A DNA stretch of 64,000 nt from an uncultured delta proteobacterium (GTDB lineage: Bacteria > Myxococcota_A > Polyangia > Fen-1088), in the NCBI GenBank assembly GCA_963796685.1, contig CAWCMR010000009.1, forward strand, positions 1-64,000, in the 5' to 3' direction. Made by a program: the position numbers and the translations under genes. Within the stretch, counting starts at the first letter, position 1; each line of letters begins with the position of its first letter. The notes under the pieces were generated by a model. The model did no database searches and was not told the DNA's origin. It saw nothing but the letters and a program-made list of their open reading frames with translations. This document shows, one piece after another, positions 41,918-52,793 of the stretch.

Positions 41918-42313
41918 GTGACGGCGGCCCCCAATCCCCAGCCCGCACCCGACCCGCCCCCCGACCCGCCATCGGGCTCCACCGCCAACGATGCGGCCAC
42001 CGCCCAGTTGGAGCGCCTGGTGTGGCAGGAGCTGCGCGAGTGCTACGACCCGGAGATCCCCGTCAACATCGTGGAGCTGGGGCTCGTCTACGCCATGAGG
42101 ACCGAGCCCCTGCCCGAGGGCGGCCACCGGGTCGAGGTCCTCATGACCGTGACCTCTACTGCCTGTGGCATGTCCGAGATCCTGCGCAGCGAGGCCGACG
42201 CGCGCATTCGCAAGCTGCCCGGCGTGGCGCAGGTCGAGGTCGCCATCACCTTCGACCCGACCTGGACCCCCGAGCTCATGAGCGACGACGCGCGCATGAT
42301 GCTGAATTTGTGA
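41918..42313 (+). CDS. sufT: DUF59/SufT protein (copy)
   Basis: copy of 15248-15643. Confidence 0.8.
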   Translation: MTAAPNPQPAPDPPPDPPSGSTANDAATAQLERLVWQELRECYDPEIPVNIVELGLVYAMRTEPLPEGGHRVEVLMTVTSTACGMSEILRSEADARIRKLPGVAQVEVAITFDPTWTPELMSDDARMMLNL

Positions 42314-42459
42314 CTGGAGAGAGCGCAGAGGGCGGAGGAGGGCGCGGAGGGCGGAGAAGCTCGGGAAGGTTTTGCCGACCGTGGCCGTGCCTCACCCACA
42401 CAACGCCCGACACCCGCATCACGCACCTTCCGTGACCTGCTTGCCGAGAACCCTCCTTC

Positions 42460-43965
42460 ATGGAGGCAGCCGCATGCGCAAAACCTGCGACCGGCTACAC
42501 CTATGCCCGCCGGGAGCCGGAGAAGACCGCGCTCTTCCAGGTGCTCCAGCAGCACCTGCTCACCTTCGAGCAAGAGTGGACCGACAAGTCCGACGGCCGC
42601 ACGCTGCCCAGCTTCGTCACCGACGAGCTACACGACTTTCTAGGGTGCGGAATCTTGGCGCGAGGCTTCGCACAATTCTTGTGCAAAACCTGCCACGAGC
42701 GGTACGTTGTGGCCTGGAGCTGTAAGGGTCGTGGCTTCTGTCCGAGCTGCGGAGGCAGACGCATGAACGCGGGTGCGCTGACTCTGGTCGATCACGTGCT
42801 GCCCGAAGTGCCCATCCGACAATTCGTGCTCACCCTGCCTTTCCCGCTGAGATTTCCCTTGGCCTTCGACGGGAAATTGCTGGGCCAAGTCCTGCGCATC
42901 TTCATCGACACCGTCGCGTCCAACTATCGCAAGCGCCTGGCAGATCGGGGCATCCCCGACGGCGAGTGCGGCGCCGTCACGGTCATCCAGCGCGCCAACA
43001 GCGACCTGCGTCTCTCACCGCATTTTCACGTTCTCCAGCTCGATGGAGCGTACGCCCCTGGGCCCGACGGCGGTGCGCCCATCTTCCACCCGGCTCCGGA
43101 ACTTACCCAAGAGGACATCCTTGCCATCGTCGCGCGCGCCAGTAAGCGCATCCTCCGCTTCCTCCAACGTCGCGGGGTCATCACCCTGGTGACCGCGCCA
43201 GGCGACGGCGAGATCACCGTCGTCACCGACGAGACCATCGGCGAGAAGGATCCGCTCCTGGCTCGCTTGTTGGCCGCCGCCACCGCTGGCGCCTCGCCTG
43301 CCGGCCCTGCGCACAAGCGGGCTCCCGTGCGCATCGTGCTCGACCCTGGCGCCACGCCCGTGGCCAAGGGCAAACTATGCGGCCAGCAAGCAGGCTTCAA
43401 CCTGCATGCTCAAACCAAAGTCGCCGCCAACGACAAGAAGGGTCGCGAAAACCTGTGCAAGTACATCTTGCGCCCGCCTCTCGCCAACGACCGCCTCAAG
43501 ATCCTCGACGACAAAACCGTCAGGCTCGACTTCAAGAAGCCCTGGTCGGATGGCACATCGTCGGTCGACCTTGCGCCGCTCGCCCTCATTGCGAGGCTAG
43601 CCGCGATCATCCCTCCTCCTCGTCGCCATGTCGTCAGATATTCGGGGGTTATCTCCTCGCACAGCTCTCTCCGCAGCCAGGTCGTCCCCGTCCCCGCCGT
43701 GGCGGCACCCGAGGAAAAGGACAAGCCTTCACTGCCGCTCTCGCACTATATTTCTTGGAGCCAGCTCCTCAAAAAGACATTCGAGATCGACACCGTCTGC
43801 CCTCGCTGCAAGAGCCCGCTGCATCTCATCGCCATGATCGAGACCGAGGACACCATCAAGAAGATTCTCAAAGCCATGGGACTGCCTACCGAGGCGCCCA
43901 AACTCCGGCCTGCACGACCGCCGCCCTCGCAATCTGGTGGCGAGGGCGGAGACTGGCTGAACTGA
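42460..43965 (+). CDS. IS91-family transposase, copy 5
   Basis: 501 aa, identical protein. Confidence 0.95.
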   Translation: MEAAACAKPATGYTYARREPEKTALFQVLQQHLLTFEQEWTDKSDGRTLPSFVTDELHDFLGCGILARGFAQFLCKTCHERYVVAWSCKGRGFCPSCGGRRMNAGALTLVDHVLPEVPIRQFVLTLPFPLRFPLAFDGKLLGQVLRIFIDTVASNYRKRLADRGIPDGECGAVTVIQRANSDLRLSPHFHVLQLDGAYAPGPDGGAPIFHPAPELTQEDILAIVARASKRILRFLQRRGVITLVTAPGDGEITVVTDETIGEKDPLLARLLAAATAGASPAGPAHKRAPVRIVLDPGATPVAKGKLCGQQAGFNLHAQTKVAANDKKGRENLCKYILRPPLANDRLKILDDKTVRLDFKKPWSDGTSSVDLAPLALIARLAAIIPPPRRHVVRYSGVISSHSSLRSQVVPVPAVAAPEEKDKPSLPLSHYISWSQLLKKTFEIDTVCPRCKSPLHLIAMIETEDTIKKILKAMGLPTEAPKLRPARPPPSQSGGEGGDWLN

Positions 43966-44250
43966 CGGCACGTCGACCAGGGCGGGTTGGAGTAGACTGC
44001 CCTGCGTGCTCGAGAAAGACCCCGTCAGGCCCCAGAAACCCGGTCACGTGCGCTGCGCAGACGTGATCGGGGCCGACCTAACGCGTCATGGCAGGGTTCT
44101 CAGACGCTCAAAAACCCCCTTCGAATCGCCTATGGCCCATCGAGTGCAACCGCGGGCTGGGAGTAGCCGATCTCAGATCGCTCCACACGCGTTGTGATTC
44201 TGTGGCACCATGGACCGGTCGCGGACTTTGCACGGCAAACAGGAGGGCAA

Positions 44251-45336
44251 GTGGAGAAGAAGAATCTGATCCGAGAGGCCGTTGTCGTATCTCTTGTTGT
44301 GGTCCCATTTTGCGTTATCCCCCTTATCTTCCCAGGGCTCGCCACTCTCCTCGGTGTCATCCTGATTCTTCTCCCAATCCTTGCGCTCACCGGGAAGCTC
44401 AAGAGGTCAGCCGTTAACCTGCTGACACCAGGGCGCCGACCCGGCACTGGTCTTCGCATGCTTGAAATCCTTGTCGGGATCGTGCTCATTGTCGCCGCAG
44501 GCACTGCAAGTACGATCAAGGCTCAACATAAATTAGCCGCCGACCAACAGGCGCAAGCGGAAACAGAGAAGAGGGTGCACGAAGCGAGGGTCTTGAGCCT
44601 CAAGAAGAATATGAGCACGGTTGTTCTAACCTGCCGGGCAAGAATCGACGTCGCCAAGGCGGCGCTTGAAAAGAGCAACTACGCCCAAGCAGAGGAGAAT
44701 CTCGCTCAGGTGTCGGGGTGGATTGATCCATACCTCAGATTGTTGCCAGTGCCGCCCGAGATCGCATCGGTGCGCCAAATCTACGAGAGGCTGGCCGCCG
44801 AGGTGGCGCCGATAACAAAGGCACAGGCCGCCTGGAAGAAAGCGCAGGAAGCGATCACCGATGGCGACGGCTCCCTAAAGGCGCGCAAGTTCGTAGAGGC
44901 GCAAACATTCTTCGTCACGGCACAGGATCTGCTCAAGGGAATTGGCGATCCGTCTGCGAAAACGCTGGGGCTAGACCTCTCGCACACCGCCAGCGCAGTC
45001 GAATCGAAGCTCAAGCTCCTCAAGAGACCCGCGGCAAGGGAAGAAGCCGCGCTCCAAAAGGCACGAATTGAAAGAGAAGCGGTAGCCTACGCCTGTGGCG
45101 AGAAGCCTGAACGCAGCGCTTGGGACGGGGCCATCATTGGACTTGAGAGCGCGCTGAAAGAGAATGCTCACGATCCACGCTCGATCGACGTTTCGGCCTG
45201 TTCGGAGCCGGTCATGTCGGATAAGCGTTGCTGGATATTCCGATGCAAGGTACGTGGCAAGAACGCCTTTGGCGCCTTGATCCTGAAGACGCCGATGTAC
45301 GAAAAGAACCGGTTTGGTTTCAGCGAAATCAATTAG
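44251..45336 (+). CDS. membrane-anchored hypothetical protein
   Basis: GGAGG RBS + GTG, three hydrophobic segments, C-terminal RGKNAFGA. Confidence 0.7.
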   Translation: MEKKNLIREAVVVSLVVVPFCVIPLIFPGLATLLGVILILLPILALTGKLKRSAVNLLTPGRRPGTGLRMLEILVGIVLIVAAGTASTIKAQHKLAADQQAQAETEKRVHEARVLSLKKNMSTVVLTCRARIDVAKAALEKSNYAQAEENLAQVSGWIDPYLRLLPVPPEIASVRQIYERLAAEVAPITKAQAAWKKAQEAITDGDGSLKARKFVEAQTFFVTAQDLLKGIGDPSAKTLGLDLSHTASAVESKLKLLKRPAAREEAALQKARIEREAVAYACGEKPERSAWDGAIIGLESALKENAHDPRSIDVSACSEPVMSDKRCWIFRCKVRGKNAFGALILKTPMYEKNRFGFSEIN

Positions 45337-45401
45337 CGGCCGAGCTTTCTGGAACACCTTGGGTTGACTTCGGCCACGTCACGCCGCGCCTTTTCCGGCC
45401 T

Positions 45402-47559
45402 GCTCCACCGCCAACGATGCGGCCACCGCCCAGTTGGAGCGCCTGGTGTGGCAGGAGCTGCGCGAGTGCTACGACCCGGAGATCCCCGTCAACATCGTGG
45501 AGCTGGGGCTCGTCTACGCCATGAGGACCGAGCCCCTGCCCGAGGGCGGCCACCGGGTCGAGGTCCTCATGACCGTGACCTCTACTGCCTGTGGCATGTC
45601 CGAGATCCTGCGCAGCGAGGCCGACGCGCGCATTCGCAAGCTGCCCGGCGTGGCGCAGGTCGAGGTCGCCATCACCTTCGACCCGACCTGGACCCCCGAG
45701 CTCATGAGCGACGACGCGCGCATGATGCTGAATTTGTGACTGGAGAGAGCGCAGAGGGCGGAGGAGGGCGCGGAGGGCGGAGAAGCTCGGGAAGGTTTTG
45801 CCGACCGTGGCCGTGCCTCACCCACACAACGCCCGACACCCGCATCACGCACCTTCCGTGACCTGCTTGCCGAGAACCCTCCTTCATGGAGGCAGCCGCA
45901 TGCGCAAAACCTGCGACCGGCTACACCTATGCCCGCCGGGAGCCGGAGAAGACCGCGCTCTTCCAGGTGCTCCAGCAGCACCTGCTCACCTTCGAGCAAG
46001 AGTGGACCGACAAGTCCGACGGCCGCACGCTGCCCAGCTTCGTCACCGACGAGCTACACGACTTTCTAGGGTGCGGAATCTTGGCGCGAGGCTTCGCACA
46101 ATTCTTGTGCAAAACCTGCCACGAGCGGTACGTTGTGGCCTGGAGCTGTAAGGGTCGTGGCTTCTGTCCGAGCTGCGGAGGCAGACGCATGAACGCGGGT
46201 GCGCTGACTCTGGTCGATCACGTGCTGCCCGAAGTGCCCATCCGACAATTCGTGCTCACCCTGCCTTTCCCGCTGAGATTTCCCTTGGCCTTCGACGGGA
46301 AATTGCTGGGCCAAGTCCTGCGCATCTTCATCGACACCGTCGCGTCCAACTATCGCAAGCGCCTGGCAGATCGGGGCATCCCCGACGGCGAGTGCGGCGC
46401 CGTCACGGTCATCCAGCGCGCCAACAGCGACCTGCGTCTCTCACCGCATTTTCACGTTCTCCAGCTCGATGGAGCGTACGCCCCTGGGCCCGACGGCGGT
46501 GCGCCCATCTTCCACCCGGCTCCGGAACTTACCCAAGAGGACATCCTTGCCATCGTCGCGCGCGCCAGTAAGCGCATCCTCCGCTTCCTCCAACGTCGCG
46601 GGGTCATCACCCTGGTGACCGCGCCAGGCGACGGCGAGATCACCGTCGTCACCGACGAGACCATCGGCGAGAAGGATCCGCTCCTGGCTCGCTTGTTGGC
46701 CGCCGCCACCGCTGGCGCCTCGCCTGCCGGCCCTGCGCACAAGCGGGCTCCCGTGCGCATCGTGCTCGACCCTGGCGCCACGCCCGTGGCCAAGGGCAAA
46801 CTATGCGGCCAGCAAGCAGGCTTCAACCTGCATGCTCAAACCAAAGTCGCCGCCAACGACAAGAAGGGTCGCGAAAACCTGTGCAAGTACATCTTGCGCC
46901 CGCCTCTCGCCAACGACCGCCTCAAGATCCTCGACGACAAAACCGTCAGGCTCGACTTCAAGAAGCCCTGGTCGGATGGCACATCGTCGGTCGACCTTGC
47001 GCCGCTCGCCCTCATTGCGAGGCTAGCCGCGATCATCCCTCCTCCTCGTCGCCATGTCGTCAGATATTCGGGGGTTATCTCCTCGCACAGCTCTCTCCGC
47101 AGCCAGGTCGTCCCCGTCCCCGCCGTGGCGGCACCCGAGGAAAAGGACAAGCCTTCACTGCCGCTCTCGCACTATATTTCTTGGAGCCAGCTCCTCAAAA
47201 AGACATTCGAGATCGACACCGTCTGCCCTCGCTGCAAGAGCCCGCTGCATCTCATCGCCATGATCGAGACCGAGGACACCATCAAGAAGATTCTCAAAGC
47301 CATGGGACTGCCTACCGAGGCGCCCAAACTCCGGCCTGCACGACCGCCGCCCTCGCAATCTGGTGGCGAGGGCGGAGACTGGCTGAACTGACGGCACGTC
47401 GACCAGGGCGGGTTGGAGTAGACTGCCCTGCGTGCTCGAGAAAGACCCCGTCAGGCCCCAGAAACCCGGTCACGTGCGCTGCGCAGACGTGATCGGGGCC
47501 GACCTGACGCGTCCTGGCAGGGTTCTCAGACGCTCAAAAACCCCCTTCGAATCGCCTAT
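45402..47559 (+). mobile_element. IS copy 6 plus 5'-trimmed sufT (duplicate of 7129-9286)
   Basis: offset 38273; ends GCCTAT followed by GGCC. Confidence 0.9.
45886..47391 (+). CDS. IS91-family transposase, copy 6
   Basis: 501 aa, identical protein. Confidence 0.95.
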   Translation: MEAAACAKPATGYTYARREPEKTALFQVLQQHLLTFEQEWTDKSDGRTLPSFVTDELHDFLGCGILARGFAQFLCKTCHERYVVAWSCKGRGFCPSCGGRRMNAGALTLVDHVLPEVPIRQFVLTLPFPLRFPLAFDGKLLGQVLRIFIDTVASNYRKRLADRGIPDGECGAVTVIQRANSDLRLSPHFHVLQLDGAYAPGPDGGAPIFHPAPELTQEDILAIVARASKRILRFLQRRGVITLVTAPGDGEITVVTDETIGEKDPLLARLLAAATAGASPAGPAHKRAPVRIVLDPGATPVAKGKLCGQQAGFNLHAQTKVAANDKKGRENLCKYILRPPLANDRLKILDDKTVRLDFKKPWSDGTSSVDLAPLALIARLAAIIPPPRRHVVRYSGVISSHSSLRSQVVPVPAVAAPEEKDKPSLPLSHYISWSQLLKKTFEIDTVCPRCKSPLHLIAMIETEDTIKKILKAMGLPTEAPKLRPARPPPSQSGGEGGDWLN

Positions 47560-47645
47560 GGCCTCCGACGTCGCCGCGCCAGATACGCTACGCGACCATC
47601 TGAAATGAGCTCACGACGCGCTTCCCAACACAGCAAGGAGTCACC

Positions 47646-48284
47646 ATGAAACTAGCCCATCTCACCCTGGCGGCAGGTCTTACTACAGCCATTGGCCTTT
47701 CACTGTCAGCACAAGCCGCGAAGCACTCCCCGGATCCGGGCTATTTTCAGGAGTCTTATGACCAAGAGGCCATGGGACACGATGAGGAAGCCCTCGCGGC
47801 GCTGGACAAGCTCTCGTCCGAGAAGAAAGGTTCCTATGTTGCATTTCTCCGCAAGGGATGGCTGCAATATCGCCTAGGCAAGAACGCCCCAGCCGTCGAG
47901 GCATACACCAAGGCCGTCGCTTTTGTTCCAAAGGCCATCGAACCTCGTCTGGGAATCCTGTTGCCCCTGATAGCCGAGAAACAATGGCCGTCAGCAGAGA
48001 AGCACGCGCGGGACATTTTGAAGCTCGATCCGGAAAACTACCTCGCGACTCTCCGTTTAGCTTTCGTCCTCTACAACCAGAACAAATTCTCCGAATCCCA
48101 AGCCCTTTACAAAAGGCTGGTGGACGCCTATCCCAGCGACACGGAAGCCCGAAGTGGGCTCGGCTGGGCGCTCCTCAAGCAGCGCAAGACCAAGGATGCA
48201 ACCGCTGTCTTCAAAGCCCTGCTCGACTATGCACCCAAGAACACGCTGGGTCAGCAGGGGTTGGCAGCGACAGGCTCAAAATAG
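47646..48284 (+). CDS. secreted TPR-repeat protein
   Basis: AAGGAG RBS, signal peptide ending AQA, TPR-like helices. Confidence 0.85.
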   Translation: MKLAHLTLAAGLTTAIGLSLSAQAAKHSPDPGYFQESYDQEAMGHDEEALAALDKLSSEKKGSYVAFLRKGWLQYRLGKNAPAVEAYTKAVAFVPKAIEPRLGILLPLIAEKQWPSAEKHARDILKLDPENYLATLRLAFVLYNQNKFSESQALYKRLVDAYPSDTEARSGLGWALLKQRKTKDATAVFKALLDYAPKNTLGQQGLAATGSK

Positions 48285-48449
48285 CTGTACGTACTGGCAA
48301 GAAGCTCGGCGACATATCGCTCCCGAATGTACGGCGCAAAAGTTCGGACTAAGAAATATACTTTGAGGTGTTCTTGGACTTGCCCTTGCCGTCGGCGGGC
48401 GCGGCGAGCGAGGGAACGACGTCGCTGCGTGAAGTGGCGTGTGACGAGA

Positions 48450-48605
48450 GCACGCCAGGTCTTGCAGAAAAGGTGGGCGAAGCCTCGGCCCAAGACTCCG
48501 GAGTCCATGTATTTGTGTAGCTCTTCCGTTACGTACTTGGGCAGCGTCCGCCCGCTGGTTTCTTCGGACCACTGCTGCTCGAAGGTCAGCAGATGCTCCT
48601 CAGCG
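48450..48605 (-). pseudogene. N-terminal fragment of a second, diverged ISCR-like transposase
   Basis: EHLLTFEQQWSEETSGRTLPKYVTEELHKY…GRGFAHLFCKT aligns to the main transposase. Confidence 0.85.
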
Positions 48606-48633
48606 GCTCGCAGAAGTTGCGTGCGGTGGGTTG

Positions 48634-49109
48634 CTAGCTGACGAGCTTCGCGATGAAATCGCCGACCTCGCGCGTGCCCATGCCCATCTTGCCGGCGGAG
48701 AGGCTCTTGATCTTGCCCGAGGCCAGGGCGTCGTGAACGGCCTGGTCGACAGCTTTGGCGATGGCGGGCTCGCCGAGGGTGTCCATCATCATGCCGCCGG
48801 CGCAGATGGTGGCGAGGGGATTGATGATGTTCATGCCGGTGTACTTGGGGGCGCTGCCGCCCATGGGCTCGAACATGGAGACGCCCTCGGGGTTGATATT
48901 GCCGCCGGCAGCGATGCCGAGGCCGCCTTGGATGATGGCGGCGAGGTCGGTGATGATGTCGCCGAAGAGATTCTCGGTGACGATCACGTCGTAGTACTCG
49001 GGCTGCTTGACGAACCACATGGTGCAGGCGTCGACGTGGTTGTAGTCCTGCTTGATCTCCGGGTAGAGCTTGTCGCCGATCTCCTTGTGCACGCGCACCC
49101 ACAAGTCGC
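48634..49109 (-). pseudogene. leuB: 3-isopropylmalate dehydrogenase-family C-terminal fragment
   Basis: HVDA…VIVTENLFGDIITDL…MFEPMGGSAP; 5' half missing. Confidence 0.8.
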
Positions 49110-49454
49110 TGCCAGAAATGTAAGGCCCCGCTCCGCCTGATCGCACTCATCAAGAGCGAGGACATCGCCAAGAAGATCCTGACCGCGATGCACCTGCCAA
49201 CGGAGATCCCGGAGCTACGCCCAGCGCGCCCGCCGCCCCTGAAGGCGGGTGGCAGCGCTGACTGGCTGAACTGAACACGACCTCTCCGGGGCTGTGATGG
49301 GGTGGACTACGCCTTGTGATTGAGACAGCCTGTTCGGCACCCGAATCGCGCCATCAAACCCGCTCCGTAGGGCACTCCAGGCGCACGCGAGGGTGTGGTG
49401 GCACAGGGCGGCACGGGTTTTCGGACCGGAAATCCCCCCCTTCGATTCGCTTAT
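49110..49454 (+). mobile_element. 3' end and ori of a diverged ISCR-like element
   Basis: CQKCKAPLRLIALIKSEDIAKKIL…DWLN* then …CCCCCCTTCGATTCGCTTAT followed by GCAC. Confidence 0.85.
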
Positions 49455-49714
49455 GCACTAACACGCCCGCCGCCACGCTGGCCCCGGTCGTAGGCCCCAC
49501 CACCGCTGCGGCCGTCTTTGCCGAGGTTGGTGATGCTCGGTCGTTCCCTTGTGCTCGCGCCTTTCTTAAGGCGATGGGCCTCAATCTCAAAGAGAAGAGC
49601 AGCGGCACCGTGCAGGGCCAGATCAAAATTACCAAGCGCGGCCCATCCCGCGTGCGCCAACTTCTGTGGCTCGCGGTCTTCCGTGTACAAAATCAGATCC
49701 TGGTTCTGATTTGA
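49455..49714 (+). pseudogene. IS110-family transposase fragment
   Basis: VGPTTAAAVFAEVGD…GLNLKEKSSG…ITKRG. Confidence 0.8.
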
Positions 49715-49779
49715 CACGTACGCGCCACCAGGCCAGCTCGATCCAAGATTGGAGCTCGACTCGATCTGGTGACCACGTC

Positions 49780-49990
49780 CTTCCGAGGCGCGCGGCACTT
49801 GGCGCAGGTCGAGATCCGGCGGGCCAACTGAGCGATGTGGCAGCGGCGCATTCCGCGCTTTTGTCGGATGATCTCCGCACGATGTTCATGCACCTCGATC
49901 TTCTGGCGCTGGCCCCAATTCCGCTTGTGCTCGGCCACCACGGTCTGCCCACGCAGAATGCGTATGCGCTGATCGTCGGCCCCGGCGCTC
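49780..49990 (-). pseudogene. IS21 IstA-like C-terminal fragment
   Basis: ADDQRIRILRGQTVVAEHKRNWG…EH. Confidence 0.55.
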
Positions 49991-50438
49991 CTCCCGTACC
50001 GCCCGGCAAGGCTTTGGCGTGGAAATGCCTTGGTTGCGAGCGGCGCTTTCCCTGGACAGCGATAAACTGTGGCCTCTTGATCGGGCGCGGCCGTCGTTCT
50101 GATCTTGATCCTCGCGGCGCTGACCATGTCGTCGCTTGGTGGAAACAGTGGAGCGAGGGATCATGATGCGCTCGGGCAGGTATATGGTGCCAGCCCTGAC
50201 CGTCTGGGCGCGAAGACGGCGGGCATATGCGCAGCGTGTGCATGACGTGGCATCGGGGTCTCTGGCATCGCCAAATCATCACCAGCCATGGCTCATATGG
50301 ACAACAAAAACATAAATGACGTTGCGCACACGTTTGTGCGGAATGCTCGTGCACGCATCTCGTCGCAGACCGTCGTGAATACCTGCACCGCGCTAAACCT
50401 TAGTTGCGCAGGCGTTCAATGGCTGGTACGTTCGTGAT

Positions 50439-51395
50439 ATGAATAGTATGGAGTGCTATGGAAAAAGCCTATCGAAGCGCGCGCCGTTCATTTTATCGTG
50501 GTGCGCATGCCTCTCCTGTTCTTCGCAGGCCCATAGTGTGCAGGGGCCTATCTACGCCAATGTCACAAATGGTTCACTCATCACAAAACAGCTGGCTTCC
50601 GGTACGTACTTCTCCTGTGGTCTCAAGATCGACAGCACCATCGTCTGCTGGGGCGACAACGACGCCGGGCAGTCCACGCCACCTTCAGGAACCTTCTCCA
50701 AGATCGCTTCGGGCAGTGACCATTCCTGCGCGCTTGCCACCGATGGTCAAATCGTCTGCTGGGGAGCGAATGCCGCGGGGCAGCTTTCCGCTCCCGTGGG
50801 AACATTCTCCGACGTGACGGCGGGCAATATGTTTACTTGCGGTCTCCAGCTGGATGGAAGCGCCCTTTGCTGGGGCGACAACACCTTTGGCGAAGCATCG
50901 CCTCCTTCCGGTGTGACCTTTCAGAAAATTACAGCCGGTTTCACCCATGCGTGTGGTCTGCTCGAAGATGGTACCGTCGAATGTTGGGGCAGCAGTGGCT
51001 CCTATTTCGACAACGCTGCGCCCACAGATATATTCTCGATAGTTAGCGCTGGTGGCAACCGCACGTGCGGACTCCATCCCGATGGTACTCTCGGATGCTG
51101 GGGTGACAATCAAGGCATCGACCCCGTTCTTGAGCCTGCTGGGCTCCTCCTGCAAGTCGCAACTGGTGGAAACCATACTTGCTACCTTGAGGCCGCAGGC
51201 TCCGTAATGTGCCTGGGCCAAGGTTGTTACGGAAGCGGATCGTCCGGACAAACGGAACTTCGTTGTACACCGGGGACGGACAAATTCACTCTTGTCAACA
51301 CTGGGAACACGCACTCCTGCGGTGTGCGAAAGGATAGCACCATCGCGTGCTGGTCCGCGTCGTGCAGTACACATGGAGAATGCTCGCCTCCGTAG
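50439..51395 (+). CDS. RCC1/BLIP-II repeat lipoprotein
   Basis: repeated HSCAL…CWG.N..GQ. Confidence 0.85.
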   Translation: MNSMECYGKSLSKRAPFILSWCACLSCSSQAHSVQGPIYANVTNGSLITKQLASGTYFSCGLKIDSTIVCWGDNDAGQSTPPSGTFSKIASGSDHSCALATDGQIVCWGANAAGQLSAPVGTFSDVTAGNMFTCGLQLDGSALCWGDNTFGEASPPSGVTFQKITAGFTHACGLLEDGTVECWGSSGSYFDNAAPTDIFSIVSAGGNRTCGLHPDGTLGCWGDNQGIDPVLEPAGLLLQVATGGNHTCYLEAAGSVMCLGQGCYGSGSSGQTELRCTPGTDKFTLVNTGNTHSCGVRKDSTIACWSASCSTHGECSPP

Positions 51396-51554
51396 GCTGA
51401 GCCTGGAGGGTTAGCTTGCGAGCTGTGGCAGTTTGCCTCTCCATCCTATTCATCGGCTGTTCCAGAACGCCTCTGGACGTGGCGCAGCCTGTCAGATGCC
51501 TCGTCGGGTCATTATGTCCTGTGGGCGGACTCTGGAAACAGAGATATTGACGCG

Positions 51555-52793
51555 ATGAGTACTGCCGGGGGCGAGTCCGCCGACTTGTCAGATTCGCAGT
51601 CCATTGACCCAGGCATCTCATGCTCGATAGGGAGCGCACAGTACAACGACGGCACTCCCAATCCACAGAATGCCTGCGAGAGCTGCCAGTCCAGCCTAAC
51701 AACCTCCGACTGGTCCCCTATCGCGGTGGTCCCTGGCTGCCTGGCTGCCGGGTGGGCGCATTCCTGTGCATTAATCAAAGGCGGTGTCTGGTGTTGGGGG
51801 GGGAATAACGACGGACAACTAGGCAACGGGACCGAGGATGGCAGCCTCATCCCAATCCAAGTCAACGGGCTAGCCACAGGCGTCAGTGGCATCGCGGCTG
51901 GTTTTGGTCACAGCTGTGCAATCGTCAAAAACAGCATCGAATGTTGGGGTAATAACGGGGTAGGTCAGTTAGGTAATGGCTCCACCAGCAATAGTTCTAC
52001 CCCAGTTCAGGTCAAGGGTATTCCTTCTGGAGCCCAGATACTTGTAGCCGGAGAGAACCACACTTGTACCATTGTCGCCGGACAGGTCTGGTGCTGGGGA
52101 AGCAATGATGCTGCCCAGATTGCCACCACCACCACCACTTATAGTCCGGTACCCATTCTTGTGCCTGGACTCCCACCAGGAGTTCATGGAATTGCGGCCG
52201 GCACATACCACACCTGCGCCCTTGCTGGTGGCGCAGTTTGGTGCTGGGGCGATAACACCTACAATCAGCTCGGCCACTCCTTTCAAACCCTCACTCCCCA
52301 AAGCGCTACTCCTGTCCGGGTGGATGGATTGTTGGACGGCGGTCGAAGCATAGCCGCCACGGAGTGGGGCACTTGTGTGCTTACAACCAATGGAGTTGTC
52401 CAATGCTGGGGCAACTCTTCATTCGGACCTGTGGGCGGCAATGGGGCGCCGAATCTAGCGGCTACAATTGACGGTTTTGGCTCGGATCCAAACTTCATTG
52501 CTGCGCGCATGGAACACGCCTGCGCAATAGTTGGCACCTCAAGGTACATCGCCTGCTGGGGCGATGACGCATACGGAGATCTTGGTGCCCCCTACGCTCA
52601 AGAAGGTTACCAACCCTTTCAAGTCTCAGGAAACCTGACCGGAGTTCGGGCCGTTGCGGTGGGTGACTATCATACTTGCGCGTTGGCGGCTAACGCAGTC
52701 TGGTGCTGGGGACGAAATTTGGACGGGCAACTCGGCAATGGCCTCACCATTGATAGCGCTACTCCGGTTCGATCCCTAGGCCTCACGCCCTGA
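51555..52793 (+). CDS. RCC1/BLIP-II repeat protein (signal peptide possibly frameshifted upstream, near 51416)
   Basis: repeated HTCAL…VWCWG.N..GQLG. Confidence 0.85.
   Translation: MSTAGGESADLSDSQSIDPGISCSIGSAQYNDGTPNPQNACESCQSSLTTSDWSPIAVVPGCLAAGWAHSCALIKGGVWCWGGNNDGQLGNGTEDGSLIPIQVNGLATGVSGIAAGFGHSCAIVKNSIECWGNNGVGQLGNGSTSNSSTPVQVKGIPSGAQILVAGENHTCTIVAGQVWCWGSNDAAQIATTTTTYSPVPILVPGLPPGVHGIAAGTYHTCALAGGAVWCWGDNTYNQLGHSFQTLTPQSATPVRVDGLLDGGRSIAATEWGTCVLTTNGVVQCWGNSSFGPVGGNGAPNLAATIDGFGSDPNFIAARMEHACAIVGTSRYIACWGDDAYGDLGAPYAQEGYQPFQVSGNLTGVRAVAVGDYHTCALAANAVWCWGRNLDGQLGNGLTIDSATPVRSLGLTP

Larger units (their letters stand above)
41497..44133 (+). mobile_element. IS copy 5 plus captured sufS', 'sufU and sufT (duplicate of 6650-9286)
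   Basis: offset 34847; ends GCCTAT followed by GGCC. Confidence 0.9.

Noticed and set aside
7470-47559. whole array as a pure assembly artefact
   Set aside because: Copies carry private SNPs, distinct left breakpoints and an invariant ori|GGCC junction; long-read confirmation is still advisable
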